This document shows positions 47,722-55,648 of a DNA stretch of 64,000 nucleotides, one piece after another. A model generated the notes under the pieces. That model saw only the letters and a list, made by a program, of their open reading frames with translations, did no database searches and was not told where the DNA came from. The translations under genes and the position numbers were made by a program. The stretch covers positions 8,890 to 72,889 of the forward strand of contig CAWDQD010000009.1 in the NCBI GenBank assembly GCA_963804385.1. Reading direction: 5' to 3'. Each line of letters opens with the position of its first letter. The stretch's first letter is position 1. Source of the stretch: an uncultured Candidatus Micrarchaeota archaeon (lineage in GTDB: Archaea; Micrarchaeota; Micrarchaeia; Anstonellales; Bilamarchaeaceae).

Positions 47722-48849
47722 TCATTGTCGGCGGGTGACGAGCTGCGCGAGAACCTTTCCCGGTTCATGCGGCTTATGCGCAGGCCTTAAGTGCGGAAGG
47801 ACTGTTCCGGCATCGAGTTTTCTGGCGGAAATCCTGTTATGGGCATCCGTCGCGGCTTTGTAGGTATCGGTTCCGGGTTTCTCGTGCAGGATGATCTTCC
47901 CGAGTATCATCTGGACGCGGTCGTCACCTATCCTGCCAAGGCCATCCACCGCATCTTCCTTGAGGCTCTGGCTTCCGATTTTGAGGGCATGCAAGAGCGC
48001 ATTCTCAGCGCTCCATTTGATAGTATCTAGGTTCTGCTTATCCTCGAAATCGATGAAAAGCTCGTCGAGCTGATCCGGTCGTTTCGCGAAAGAAGCGAGT
48101 TGGTGCGCAGCGGATTTAACTTCCATGCTTTCAGCATCGTAGCCTATCTTCCATTTGAGTATCGTCTCAATCGCCGCATATGTCATATCTATGAAAAGCG
48201 TCTGCGGCGAACTAGGTTCATTTGAAGTGAAATCCGCTTCTATAACCCCGGGCGCATATTTCGCGAGCAGGTGCTGTCGGTCACCCTGGGCAGCTTCGAG
48301 CTCTTTTGTGACTGCATACCTCTCGCAAGCCTTCCTGGCAATCTTCCTGACATCCGGATCCCTGTCATTCTGCGCGGCTTCGACCGCTGCAACCACATCT
48401 TTGCTGTCCACATTGCTGAGAGCGATATCTGCGGCGCACTTCCTACTGTCATTGTCGCCCGACTTGATGGCTTCTATGAAAGCCAAGCCAGCGATCTTCG
48501 CGAAGAACTCGTTGTCCACGCCTTCAATGACTTTGCCGGAATTCATTCTAGCCACTTCAGCCGCGATTCTCACAACGTATATGTACGTGTTTTCGTTTCT
48601 TGGGTCGCGGAGCACCCCGATCAAGAACTCATACAGTTTTTTGGCGTCTGAATAATCATTAAGCTTGTCCAAGCCCTCCTTCATGGCTCTGGCCGTAAGA
48701 ATGTCGCCCTTTAGCATCGCTTCGATGGTGCCTTTCCAGATGGCAGCGACCTGCTCACCGCTAGGTCTGCCCGAGAGAATATTTTTGGCGCAGGCCAAGG
48801 CAGCATTATCGCCTTTGGCTATGCCTTCACTGAGTTGCGTATTATCCAT
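47722..48849 (-). CDS. HEAT-repeat (PBS-lyase-type) protein
   Basis: 375 aa. Repeated x-RxxAAxALGxIG-like helical pairs (VRKIARKACERYA, DAVDGLGRIGDDRV, RKCAADIALSNVDSKD). Confidence 0.6.
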   Translation of the reverse strand: MDNTQLSEGIAKGDNAALACAKNILSGRPSGEQVAAIWKGTIEAMLKGDILTARAMKEGLDKLNDYSDAKKLYEFLIGVLRDPRNENTYIYVVRIAAEVARMNSGKVIEGVDNEFFAKIAGLAFIEAIKSGDNDSRKCAADIALSNVDSKDVVAAVEAAQNDRDPDVRKIARKACERYAVTKELEAAQGDRQHLLAKYAPGVIEADFTSNEPSSPQTLFIDMTYAAIETILKWKIGYDAESMEVKSAAHQLASFAKRPDQLDELFIDFEDKQNLDTIKWSAENALLHALKIGSQSLKEDAVDGLGRIGDDRVQMILGKIILHEKPGTDTYKAATDAHNRISARKLDAGTVLPHLRPAHKPHEPGKVLAQLVTRRQ

Positions 48850-48995
48850 CTTAACCGATACCTTTTGGGATTACTGGTATTATACTGTTATTTATTTAGA
48901 ACTTTCATGTATTTAAGGGTTTCGTTTTTCTATAAAATCCCCTAGTGACGTATATCCAGCAAAGTATCTAATACCTTGATACTCAAGTTCTAATC

Positions 48996-49457
48996 ATGCA
49001 GGATTTGAGCAGATTCAGCTTCGGCGCGACCTCTGCGATTACCGGAAGCCTGGCCCTAATGATCGGGTTGGACCAGCTCGCGGTCTCCAAACTGGGGATA
49101 ATAGGCGCGCTGCTGGTCCTCGCGATCTCCGATAATATCGCGGACTCGCTGGGGATGCACATCTACGCGGAATCGAAATCGAAGGACCATACGCATGTCA
49201 ATACGCTGACGAATTATCTGACCCGTCTGGTCGTAGCGCTCATCCTGGTGGTTTTTGTGGTCGTATTGCCATTGACCTATGCGATCGCCGCATCGTTAGT
49301 GTTCAGCCTGATGGTGATCGGGGTGCTGAGCTATCTCATCGCGAAATCCCATGGCATGAACCCGAGCCGTGTCGTGGCCGAGCATCTGATCGTGTTGATA
49401 CTGGTAGTTTTCGCGAGCCAGGTCATAGGCTCATCGATCAGAGCGTTGTTCGCTTGA
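48996..49457 (+). CDS. VIT/DUF125-like membrane protein
   Basis: 153 aa. FGATSAITGSLALMIGL...ISDNIADSLGMHIYAESKS parallels the VIT-family N-terminal block of the gene at 18401. The remainder is TM helices. Confidence 0.45.
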   Translation: MQDLSRFSFGATSAITGSLALMIGLDQLAVSKLGIIGALLVLAISDNIADSLGMHIYAESKSKDHTHVNTLTNYLTRLVVALILVVFVVVLPLTYAIAASLVFSLMVIGVLSYLIAKSHGMNPSRVVAEHLIVLILVVFASQVIGSSIRALFA

Positions 49458-49504
49458 CCAGCGTTCGGGTCTATGTTTTTAATAACGAAGAAACCATATC
49501 TACC

Positions 49505-50812
49505 ATGGCGATTTCTCCATTCGAAGAGAGATACCGGACAGAGATGAACGCGATTTTCGACGAGGAGGCGAAGCTCCGCAGATGGATGGCTGTAGAAGTG
49601 GCGCTGGCGAAAGCGCATGCCAAGCTCGGGAACATCCCTAAAGACGCTCCGGGAAAGATAGAAGCCGCTGCCAAGAATGTCCAGCTCAAGAGGGTGCTTG
49701 AGATAGAAGCCGAGATACATCATGATCTCATGGCCATGGTGAAGGCGCTCACCGAGCAGGCAGGGGATGCTGGCAAATACGTGCATCTGGGCGCCACGAG
49801 CTATGACATAGAGGATACGGCTACAGGCATGATATTCGTAGAAGCCATGGAGCTGATCGGAAAGCGCATGGCTGCGTTGGGTACGGTCCTGAAAAAACTC
49901 GCGTTGGATCACAAAGAGACTGTATGCATAGGACGGACCCATGGCCAGCATGCCGTGCCGACCACGTATGGCATGAAGTTCGCTTTATACTACAAAGAGC
50001 TCCAGAGGGATATCGAACGTCTGGATGCCGCTAAGAAACGCATCGCCGTGGGCAAGATGTCCGGAGCTGTCGGGACCATGGCGACATTCGGCAAAGACGG
50101 CCCGAAGATACAATCCATGGTCATGAAGGAGCTGGATCTCCAGCCTCCAGCGGTCACGAACCAGGTCATACAGCGAGACCGCCATGCGGAAGCTTTATTC
50201 GTGCTGGCACTCACTGCAGCCCTATGCGAGAAGATGGCCAAGGAGATCAGGAACCTCCAGCGGAGCGAGATCCTCGAGATATCCGAGGCGTTCTCGGCCA
50301 AGCAGGTCGGTTCCTCCACCATGCCTCAGAAGCGCAACCCCCATAGGAGCGAGCGGGTATGTTCGCTTGCGCGCCTGGCGAGGGGCAATGTCCAGACCGC
50401 ATTGGAGAACATCCCCCTCGAGCACGAGCGCGATCTCACCAACAGCGCGAACGAGCGGGCGATTTTCGGCGAAAGCTTCGTGTGCGTGGATTACATGCTC
50501 ATCGAGATGGCGAATATACTATCCGGCCTGGTTTTCTACCCCGAGAACATCAAGGCCAACCTCGAGCATACCAAAGGCCTCATAATGTCCGAACGCCTGA
50601 TGATCGCGCTGACGGAAAGGGGCACGGGCAGGCAGGAGGCGCACGAGCTTGTCCGCACCCTAGCGCAGGAGGCGTTCTCCAAGAGCAGGAACCTGAAAGA
50701 CCTGGTCCTGGAGCGCAAGGTCCTTCCCAAGGATGATGCGGAGAAGGTTTTCGACTATGCCACGTACATAGGGAACGCGGTCAAGATTGTCGAGGAAGCG
50801 GTAAAGGATTGA
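49505..50812 (+). CDS. purB: Adenylosuccinate lyase
   Basis: Fumarate-lyase signature GSSTMPQKRNP. The PurB-type N-terminus ISPFEERYRTEMNAIFDEEAKLRRWMAVEVALAKAHAKLGNIP. The ORF-track start 49454 was trimmed to the ATG at 49505. Confidence 0.9.
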   Translation: MAISPFEERYRTEMNAIFDEEAKLRRWMAVEVALAKAHAKLGNIPKDAPGKIEAAAKNVQLKRVLEIEAEIHHDLMAMVKALTEQAGDAGKYVHLGATSYDIEDTATGMIFVEAMELIGKRMAALGTVLKKLALDHKETVCIGRTHGQHAVPTTYGMKFALYYKELQRDIERLDAAKKRIAVGKMSGAVGTMATFGKDGPKIQSMVMKELDLQPPAVTNQVIQRDRHAEALFVLALTAALCEKMAKEIRNLQRSEILEISEAFSAKQVGSSTMPQKRNPHRSERVCSLARLARGNVQTALENIPLEHERDLTNSANERAIFGESFVCVDYMLIEMANILSGLVFYPENIKANLEHTKGLIMSERLMIALTERGTGRQEAHELVRTLAQEAFSKSRNLKDLVLERKVLPKDDAEKVFDYATYIGNAVKIVEEAVKD

Positions 50813-51773
50813 CCTGCTGGCCCTCTTCAAGCAAGAATCCGTACGCTTTCGGGTTGATCATTTTGAAAGGGCAGGGTGTCGGGGCCGGACTCTGATCAGC
50901 CATACTTCTCCAAAAATTCAATCCCCATTTGCCGAACTCGTTGGGTTCGAAAATCCCCCGTTCACTCCTTCCGCTCGCCAATAAACTATAGACGATAGGA
51001 TAGATCCCGAACAACCCCGCATCAACGATTTCCTTTCGTTTCGGTATGAGCGCTTCGCATTCTCCAGGGTATAAGTTCCTCGCGACCCGCACTATCTCCA
51101 ATGCCTGTATCAATGAAAGGATTTCGAGGCTATGGATCGCATGCCTGGCGCTAATTGACAATAGCGAGATGTCGATGGCCCTGGTCTCGAAAAATACCGT
51201 GGAGCCATGCGAGACATGGTAATTGAATTCCGGATGGGCGATGGCTATGCCTTTTCCAAACGCCTCTGCCTCTATTCTCGCCAAATCCGGGTTGAACTCG
51301 CGTTCCAACCGATCCACTGTATCCCTGAAATTGGTCGCCGCTACCTGGGATTCTGCTTTCAACCTGTAAAACTCCCGCATCGCATTCCTGCGCCGTTCTA
51401 TCACGCCAGTCTCATCATCCACGAAATCCGAATAGGTAGCGGTATGGACTTTACCATGCCTGCGGAAGAACCTAAACTCGCGTGCATTGCAGAAATTCTC
51501 CGGGAAGAGCGACTTTGCTACGACGAGACTCAAAAATTTATATAGATGATAATGCAGTTCGGACGAATCAAATCCATACGTGCGGCTGCATCCATGAAAC
51601 CCTATCCCGAACTCCTGCGAATGCCCTGCTTGATACTCTTCGACGATCTGCAGCCTCTCCACCATCCCATCGTATGGCGAGGATGGCGCACGTATCCTGC
51701 TGACGCGTGCCTCATCGGTCTTGCACATCAGCTTGCGCTTCCCGTCCACAGGCTGCGCGTATTTTATGAGCAT
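50781..51773 (-). CDS. Hypothetical protein (330 aa)
   Basis: Long clean ORF. Its 3' end converges on and overlaps the purB 3' end by 32 nt. No recognised motif. Confidence 0.4.
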   Translation of the reverse strand: MLIKYAQPVDGKRKLMCKTDEARVSRIRAPSSPYDGMVERLQIVEEYQAGHSQEFGIGFHGCSRTYGFDSSELHYHLYKFLSLVVAKSLFPENFCNAREFRFFRRHGKVHTATYSDFVDDETGVIERRRNAMREFYRLKAESQVAATNFRDTVDRLEREFNPDLARIEAEAFGKGIAIAHPEFNYHVSHGSTVFFETRAIDISLLSISARHAIHSLEILSLIQALEIVRVARNLYPGECEALIPKRKEIVDAGLFGIYPIVYSLLASGRSERGIFEPNEFGKWGLNFWRSMADQSPAPTPCPFKMINPKAYGFLLEEGQQVNPLPLPRQS

Positions 51774-51801
51774 ATGTTATAATTAGTGTCGAAATGATTA
51801 T

Positions 51802-51824
51802 AAAATGGCTGTCGGAGCCATTTT
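51802..51824. promoter_or_regulatory. Perfect 9-bp inverted repeat (AAAATGGCT-N5-AGCCATTTT) overlapping a TATA-like element in a divergent intergenic region
   Basis: AAAATGGCTGTCGGAGCCATTTT lies about 30 nt upstream of the minus gene start (51773) and about 115 nt upstream of plus gene 51938. TTATAAAA overlaps the left arm. Confidence 0.3.
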
Positions 51825-51937
51825 CTTTCCTGCATAACAGCATACTATCCAATTCAGTTCCATTGAGGTGGCGGTCAAGGATTGATTTTTATATGATGCG
51901 TTACATGTCTATACCAATTCGACCAGAGGGATAGCAA

Positions 51938-52753
51938 ATGGCTGTGATTTCCGGATCAAAGATGTACATATATGCTGCTATAGGGGTTGGGCTCCTTGGT
52001 GCCCTGTTCTCTCTAGTGGGCGGTGGCGGACCGCTTTCGATAATTGGAGGCCTTCTATGCCTTATCGGATCGGCATTGGGGGTCATGTTCTGGAAATTCG
52101 GATATATTTTCGTCCCTCTCATCACGCAGAGGACTAACATAATCATGATGAGCGACCTCGGTTATGAGGTCCCCCCGGCCCAAGACGTCATAATCAAGAG
52201 CGTCAACGGCGTTTTCTATGCTTCGGCGTTCCTCGGTCTTAGCATATTCGAGTCGGCGACGGAGAAAAGCAGCGAGGAGACGATCGCATACAGCCAGTTC
52301 TTCGAGAGGGCGATATCGAACATCAAATACGTCACCAAGATAGCATACATGCTCTATGTCGAGGATGTGGGCGAGAAGAGGAAGGTCATAGAGACCCGAA
52401 GAGCGGAATCCCAGCTGCGATTGGCCCGCGAACGCGACAAGCCACAGCCTGACGTGCTCAGGATAGACAAATACGAGCGCGAGGTCGCCATATGGGACAA
52501 CCAGCTCCAGCGCCTGATCAAGGGCGTGAAGCCCATGGGCATAATAGCATACGCCCAGACTTGCGCAGTCGGCCTCAGCAAGGATGCTGCGGTCGCATTG
52601 GCTAGGACCCAGGCGAACGAGCTCAAGACCGTGCTGGCCAACGCGCTCAACGTCGAAGTCGTGACGCTCACAGGAGACGAGATGCTCAAATGCTTCGAAT
52701 GGGAGAGATTCTACCCAGTGACGGCGCAGGAGCTTGAAGAGAGCGTGGTTTAA
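51938..52753 (+). CDS. Membrane protein, 2 N-terminal TM helices plus cytoplasmic coiled-coil domain (first gene of HerA/VirB4-like ATPase operon)
   Basis: 271 aa. TM1 IYAAIGVGLLGALFSLVGG, TM2 IIGGLLCLIGSALGVMFW. The downstream gene starts 3 nt after its stop. Confidence 0.5.
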   Translation: MAVISGSKMYIYAAIGVGLLGALFSLVGGGGPLSIIGGLLCLIGSALGVMFWKFGYIFVPLITQRTNIIMMSDLGYEVPPAQDVIIKSVNGVFYASAFLGLSIFESATEKSSEETIAYSQFFERAISNIKYVTKIAYMLYVEDVGEKRKVIETRRAESQLRLARERDKPQPDVLRIDKYEREVAIWDNQLQRLIKGVKPMGIIAYAQTCAVGLSKDAAVALARTQANELKTVLANALNVEVVTLTGDEMLKCFEWERFYPVTAQELEESVV

Positions 52754-52755
52754 AG

Positions 52756-54339
52756 ATGGCAATCGGCGGAAGGCTCAAGCTAGTCAAGCTCTCCAACAGC
52801 GCTATTTCCAGGCGCAACCCGCTCGTGCGGCCCCCGGAGCCACCCATGGAGGTGCTCTTCGGGGATCCCACCAACTCGATTTACATCGGCAGGACGAAGG
52901 TCTTCAACGTCCCGTTCTACTGGACGTACGAGAATGTCGCGAACCCGCACATCGCCGTGGTCGGGATCTCAGGTTCAGGTAAATCATATTTCATCAAGAC
53001 CTTCCTCCTACGTTCAGCTTTCGTATGGAACAGCAACGCGCTCATAATAGACTGGGCCGGGGAGTACAAGGACTGGGTCAAGCAGACGAACGGCAAGGTC
53101 ATCTCCCTAGGAAAGGGGTCGTACCTCAATCTGCTCGATCTAGGCGGCATGAAGCCGTACGACCGCATCAAGCAGATCATCCGGACGCTCGAGCTGCTAA
53201 CAGACATATCGCAATACCCGGAGCAGAGGCGGCTCACCGAGCAGGCCATCGAAAAGGTCTACATGGAAGGAAAGTTCAAGATGGACGCTTACGAGCAGAA
53301 AGACGAGCTCGGAAAGCCTCTCGCCGCACCGACGCTCAAAGACGTCGTCCGGGTGCTGACCGAGACCGCGCAGGTCGGCTCGTACGAGTTCCCGGCAGAG
53401 CTCGAGAACGCCATCTACCGGCTCAAGCAGTTCACCAAGCCCGGCGAGGATTTCTTCGCCCAGCAGAGCACTGTCCGACTGGACGAGATCATAAGCTCGG
53501 GGCTCGTGGATCTCGACCTCTCGGGGCTTCCTGACGAGACGGCGCGTGCCCTGGCAGCGCTTACGCTCCTCCAATTCATCAAGGAGAAGATGCGCCTCGA
53601 AGGGTGGTCCAATGTCAAGGGTCTCCGGCTGCTCATAGTCCTGGATGAGGCCTGGAAGATAGGCAAGGAGGACAACTCCGACGCGGTCATGATCGTCCGT
53701 GAAGGCCGTAAATACAACTTCGGCATGATAATCGCGTCCCAGAACCCCACGGACATAAGCGAAGCCATATTCAGCAACGTGGGCACGACATTCATACTCA
53801 AGGTGAAATTCGAGAAATTCCTGGATTACCTGCAGGGTTCCCTGAATTTCTCCAATTATATGCGTGATGAGATCAGCCGCCTGGGTGTAGGCCAGTGCGC
53901 GGTCAACATGTCGCTCACACTTCCGATCCCCTACCCATCCACATTCCTTGTGGATAGGATCGAAGGCGAGGAGCCTAGCAAGGAGTACTTCCTGGATCTC
54001 ACCGGGGTGCTCACAGACAAACAGAGGAGGGATGTGTCCGTGTCAAGAAGCGTCTCGTTCCTGAAGGAGGATTTCAGGAGGAAGCTGAGGCAATTCGGCC
54101 TCTTGGATGATAAGATAGAGGAGCTCACGAAGCTTTTCGAGAAAGGCAACCGCCGCATGGATGTCGTTTCGTTCGTCATACTGCTCGAGCGCGACGGTAT
54201 CGCGAGGCGCAACATCAGCGATTTCCTGAAGGATGCCGGTCTGGATGACATAACGATAATCAACATCTTCGGCAAGGTAGACCTCAAGAAGAGCGGCGGG
54301 GTAGGCCGTGAGATAAGCCAGGTAGTGCTAGAGGAGTGA
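52756..54339 (+). CDS. HerA/VirB4-like (DUF87, FtsK-HerA superfamily) P-loop ATPase
   Basis: 527 aa. Walker A HIAVVGISGSGKSYF. Walker B LLIVLDEAWKIG. EGRKYNFGMIIASQNPTDI, the arginine-finger/sensor block typical of HerA/VirB4/TraC-type ATPases. Confidence 0.7.
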   Translation: MAIGGRLKLVKLSNSAISRRNPLVRPPEPPMEVLFGDPTNSIYIGRTKVFNVPFYWTYENVANPHIAVVGISGSGKSYFIKTFLLRSAFVWNSNALIIDWAGEYKDWVKQTNGKVISLGKGSYLNLLDLGGMKPYDRIKQIIRTLELLTDISQYPEQRRLTEQAIEKVYMEGKFKMDAYEQKDELGKPLAAPTLKDVVRVLTETAQVGSYEFPAELENAIYRLKQFTKPGEDFFAQQSTVRLDEIISSGLVDLDLSGLPDETARALAALTLLQFIKEKMRLEGWSNVKGLRLLIVLDEAWKIGKEDNSDAVMIVREGRKYNFGMIIASQNPTDISEAIFSNVGTTFILKVKFEKFLDYLQGSLNFSNYMRDEISRLGVGQCAVNMSLTLPIPYPSTFLVDRIEGEEPSKEYFLDLTGVLTDKQRRDVSVSRSVSFLKEDFRRKLRQFGLLDDKIEELTKLFEKGNRRMDVVSFVILLERDGIARRNISDFLKDAGLDDITIINIFGKVDLKKSGGVGREISQVVLEE

Positions 54340-54346
54340 ATTTGAT

Positions 54347-54847
54347 ATGAAAATCTGCATCTCATGCCAGAAGGATGTCGAAGGCAAGAAGGCATACCCG
54401 GTCAAATGGGACCGGTTCCTCAACCTCATCCTTGTGATCAAGAAGAAGCTCCATGTGGCTCAGATGAACGAGCTATACGTCTGCGAAGATTGCCTCCAGA
54501 AGCACCAGGAGCGCAGGAGCGCCTTCGAGCGGAGCATGATGCTCGCAGGGGTGCTGGCAGGCATAATCATCCTCCTCATCCTATCCACATTCATCCTGGG
54601 CGGGAAATTCGATGCATTCGCCTTCTTCGCAGGAATACTCCTGGCGCTGGTGATGCTCCTGTTCCCACTTTTCAGGTATGCACCCGCGGTAGAGGGCATG
54701 CAGGTGAAACCCTTCGGCAAGCAGTTCTCCATCCCTTTCATATCGAAACCGGTCAAGGCCGAACCCGTTCCCAATCCAGAGCCGGTTAAAGCGCCCGCCA
54801 AAAAAGCATACAAACCAAAGCAGAAAAAGAAGAAAGAGGTGCTCTGA
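54347..54847 (+). CDS. Zinc-ribbon-containing 2-TM membrane protein
   Basis: 166 aa. CISC...CEDC ribbon. Two TM helices (LAGVLAGIIILLILSTFILGG, FFAGILLALVMLLFPLF). Lys/Pro-rich tail. Confidence 0.5.
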   Translation: MKICISCQKDVEGKKAYPVKWDRFLNLILVIKKKLHVAQMNELYVCEDCLQKHQERRSAFERSMMLAGVLAGIIILLILSTFILGGKFDAFAFFAGILLALVMLLFPLFRYAPAVEGMQVKPFGKQFSIPFISKPVKAEPVPNPEPVKAPAKKAYKPKQKKKKEVL

Positions 54848-55635
54848 TGCCGCTTCCGATACCCCAGAAAACAGATCAGAAACCCGGAATGCAGAAACCA
54901 GCAGCGGGGGCCAAGGAGGAGAGCCACCCGCCCCAGGTCGATGGGTTCAAGCTCAAGGGCAAGCTCGAGAAGGGCAAGCTCAAGGACCTGACGAATGTCC
55001 TGCGCTCGATATCGTTCCTCGAGATAGCTTCGGAGAAGGATGCGCTCAATGTCATATACGTAGAGAGCCGGGACATAAACAAGAACCCCTACCTATTCTC
55101 CATCATCAAGATACGCGAGGAAGAAATCGAGGTGCTCTACACAATCCCGCCAGAGATCGGTCCCAAGAAGCGCCGCGTCGATGTCGTCAGATACCTGCTC
55201 AACATACTCTCGCTCATGGAATCGTATTATAGCGTGGATAACAAGACACTCTACCAGCTCGTCGAGGACGCCATAAAGGAGCTCGCAGGCTCCGTTACGA
55301 TGGATTACACAAAGCTCTATACGGCATACGATTCGATGAAGAAAGAGGTGGCGGATTACACGAAGAAGATAGATCGGCTCACCGAGCAGAGCCAGGCGCT
55401 CACATCCCAGAATTACGAGCTAAAAACGCAGAACGATGAGATCCGCCTCCGCCTGAAGCAGCTCGAAGGGATGTCGGACGATTCGCTCAAAACGAAGCTC
55501 CAGGAATGGATATCTGAGCACAACGGCTCGATAAGCATCCCGGATTTCTCCAAGAACTATAAGGTGGCGGACGGGCGTGTTGAGGATATGCTCAACAAAC
55601 TCGTCAGCGAAGGATACATAGAAGTAATACAATAG
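54847..55635 (+). CDS. Coiled-coil protein with C-terminal winged-helix-like segment
   Basis: 262 aa. The start overlaps the upstream stop (TGATG). Heptad-rich segment KKIDRLTEQSQALTSQNYELKTQNDEIRLRLKQLEG. The C-terminus ...VADGRVEDMLNKLVSEGYIEVIQ is wH-like. Confidence 0.5.
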   Translation: MPLPIPQKTDQKPGMQKPAAGAKEESHPPQVDGFKLKGKLEKGKLKDLTNVLRSISFLEIASEKDALNVIYVESRDINKNPYLFSIIKIREEEIEVLYTIPPEIGPKKRRVDVVRYLLNILSLMESYYSVDNKTLYQLVEDAIKELAGSVTMDYTKLYTAYDSMKKEVADYTKKIDRLTEQSQALTSQNYELKTQNDEIRLRLKQLEGMSDDSLKTKLQEWISEHNGSISIPDFSKNYKVADGRVEDMLNKLVSEGYIEVIQ

Positions 55636-55648
55636 GTACAGGATCTTT

